64,000 nt of DNA from Callorhinchus milii (Eukaryota). Below, one piece after another: positions 61,696-64,000 of this stretch; position 1 is the stretch's first letter, and every line of letters starts with the position of its first letter. A model generated the notes under the pieces. The model saw nothing but the letters and a program-made list of their open reading frames with translations. It was not told the DNA's origin and did no database searches. The translations under genes were made by a program, and so were the position numbers. The stretch is taken from assembly GCF_018977255.1 (NCBI RefSeq), contig NW_024704742.1:101992001-102056000 (forward strand). Reading direction: 5' to 3'.

Positions 61696-62110
61696 TGTCA
61701 GCCAGGCTTAGATGGTAGCACTATTGCCTCTGAGTCAGAAGATTGTAGGTTCAAATGTCCCCCTTAAGACTTTGAACTCTTAGTCTAGGCACCGTAATGC
61801 AGTGCTTGGGGTGTGCTGCATTGTTAGTGTTGCCATCATTTGGAATGAGATGTTAAACTGCCGAAAGGTTATCAAACTGAAACTCTATTTTCCTCTCTCC
61901 ATAGATGCGTGTTCCCAGCTACTTCTGTTTTAATTGTTAAACTGAGGTCTTGTTTGGTTGTTCATCTAAAGAATGGCACCTCCAACAATGAAGCACTTCT
62001 TCAACACCAGAATGTCAACCTAGACTATTAGTTCAAAGTCTTGATCTAAGGCTTGAACCAACAAACTCCTTACTCAGAATTGAGAGTACTACCAAATGAG
62101 CCTGGCTGAC
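61696..62110. mobile_element. Two DeuSINE 5' halves in inverted orientation (61696-61960 +, 61962-62110 -), the first interrupted by a Penelope-type unit
   Basis: tgtcagccaggctta at the left end and tgagcctggctgac at the right end are reverse complements of the same head. Confidence 0.78.
61861..61934 (+). mobile_element. Degenerate, shortened Penelope-like unit
   Basis: ttcctctctccatagatgc..gtgttcccagctacttctgtttt; exact 10-bp TSD TGTTAAACTG. Confidence 0.65.
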
Positions 62111-63611
62111 TATTCAGTAAATGACTATTCTAGGTTTATGGAGAGTGTGGTAATGCAAACTTGACCCGATTTTTTTACCTATTAGGGTCTAAAATGCGAT
62201 AGTTGCAAATTGATTTTGACACATTATTTACATATTGGATTCTCAAATTTGCAGGGAGATTCATGAACAAACTGTTTCACTCTGAAATTTTTTTGAATTT
62301 TTCTGGCTGATAAATTGCGATTCACCATTCAGGTTTCTCACAATCCAAGATTTGGAAATACGAAGTCACAATAAATGCAATGAATACTTTGCTGCATTTT
62401 ATGTCCCACTGAGAAGCAGAGCTCTCATAAGGAACTAGTGTTTAATTAAATGTCTAGGCAATTTAAGTCTAAAATATACAGGATCAAAAGGTTGTGATAT
62501 GTATAATAAAAGTAGTATAAGAACTTAAGGTCCTGGATGTTGCAGGTCTGTGTCTCCTGAGAGCCATACTGACTTGTTTCATATAAGGAACACTTATCCG
62601 TACTGAATGAATCATTTTTAAAATAAAACTGGATCCAACTTAAACTCAGCTCTTTAGAGATGATGAGAATTGCATTAGGCCACAGTATTAGCTATCCGTA
62701 CCACTTATCATTCCCATTGTATTTTAAGCTTTGGAGTTTTCAGACAGGAATCAAAGTAGGAATTAAAGAACTTATCTCTTCCTTGGTATGAATTAAACAC
62801 CAGCATATGAAAGATTTGCACTTGTGTCATTTGCATTAATATTACCATTAATATTAACATTTAGGTAACAATGCAGGTCTCTGACTTTGTGTGTGGGATC
62901 TATGGCTGACACTTGCACATGTGGAAACAATATGGAAAAAGTATAAGAAGCACATCTTCCAATTTATATTTGCATTGCCGTACAATAATGTAGAAAGGGA
63001 AACTTAACTTAAACTGGGATCAAGCCAGTCATATGTCAGTCTGAATTTCAGACCTAACAAACTTTTAACGTAATTGGGTTGTTTGTGTTATATCTTGATT
63101 GATTTCTTAATTAAGAAATCCGGTTGTTTGTGACTTACGGGAATGCCGTTGCAACTGAATTTATTTTCAGAGCATGGTTCCCTTGAGTTGGAGAGATGAA
63201 GAGGAAGTACTCCCAGTTACCAAAAGAAGTCTCAGCTCGCACTACTCAATTAAGAAGCATATTAACAAACACTGCACAATTGATGCCTTTGTGTAAGTGA
63301 TTGAGCTTTTTTTCAGAATACTTTTTGGAAAACCATTTGTTTTTAAGCCAAACAAACACTTTATGAGCTGAGGCTTGAATATGATTGTTGAGCAGGAATA
63401 ACCAATGTACTTTAACCAGGCCAATTTGTAACATGAGAAACTATAGTGTGCAGTAAACCTTATGAAATAGTGGATTATATATACAATAGAACCAATCACA
63501 TTAGGGACAGAGCCCAGGTAACAGCAACTCTGAGGAGATCACGTTTCACTTACATCTGCGTATTTTCAGTACAAAGCAGCTTCAGTCAAAATTAGTTTCC
63601 TTGCCCCACCT

Positions 63612-63730
63612 ATAATAATAAATAGTAATAATTCTTGCATTTGATATGGCGTCTTATCACGTCTTCACGACGTCTCAAAGCGCTTCACAGAATATACTGC
63701 AAACTGAATTGACTGTATATTTTGTGGACA
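63612..63730 (-). mobile_element. SINE 3' tail fragment (similar tails at about 2.1, 6.4, 7.7, 23.1, 43.1, 50.0, 50.5 and 56.0 kb)
   Basis: cttgcatttgatat...tcacgtcttcacgacgtctcaaagcgcttcacagaatatactg. Confidence 0.85.
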
Positions 63731-64000
63731 CCTATTCTGAGCCTCCATTTTGTCATCAGTCCTTTGTCTTAAAGATGTTGATGTGTAATACCTCAGGACT
63801 CAACCAAACATTCTCAATCTCCTGTAAACCGATCATATAATAATGAATGAATGTTATCTCTGTTTCTAAAATAAACTTGGGTTTTGTTGGTTGAGGGCAG
63901 GTTTGGGTTCAACTTTGATGCCTTTCGTGATAATCCTTATGAAGCTGATACATAGGAATTGGTCATTCAGCTGATTGATCCTCATCCACTAGTTTATTAG

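Overview
Repeat-rich vertebrate nuclear DNA. The repeat repertoire (SacSINE1-like DeuSINEs, shark-type CR1 tails, an L2 with a (TTG)n tail) points to a cartilaginous fish, possibly a chimaera; that assignment is inference. The only host gene I can support is the 3' end of DTWD2 (tRNA acp3U aminocarboxypropyltransferase 2) on the + strand: two coding exons at 5823-5951 and 10068-10238, plus a probable 3'UTR to about 11.9-12.1 kb. The remaining ~52 kb looks like gene-poor intergenic DNA. It holds one near full-length but frameshifted L2 LINE (14698-~18262, minus), many L2 3' fragments, an internally deleted CR1 (46.3-48.4 kb) and other CR1 fragments. It also holds about 12 copies of a tRNA-Ala-headed SINE that appears to combine a CORE-like domain, the distal Deu domain and an L2-type tail, plus older DeuSINEs, a palindromic MITE-like family, and three short Penelope-type units with minimal hammerhead ribozyme motifs. 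The most interesting signals are: (1) hammerhead-bearing mini-elements flanked by apparent target-site duplications; (2) the composite CORE/Deu SINE, whose 3' stem-loop shows compensatory changes relative to the L2 tail; (3) a hairpin + 14-codon uORF + TAATG stop/start leader on the L2, with no ORF1. Most repeat boundaries are approximate, read by eye. Family names come from remembered consensus sequences, not database searches.
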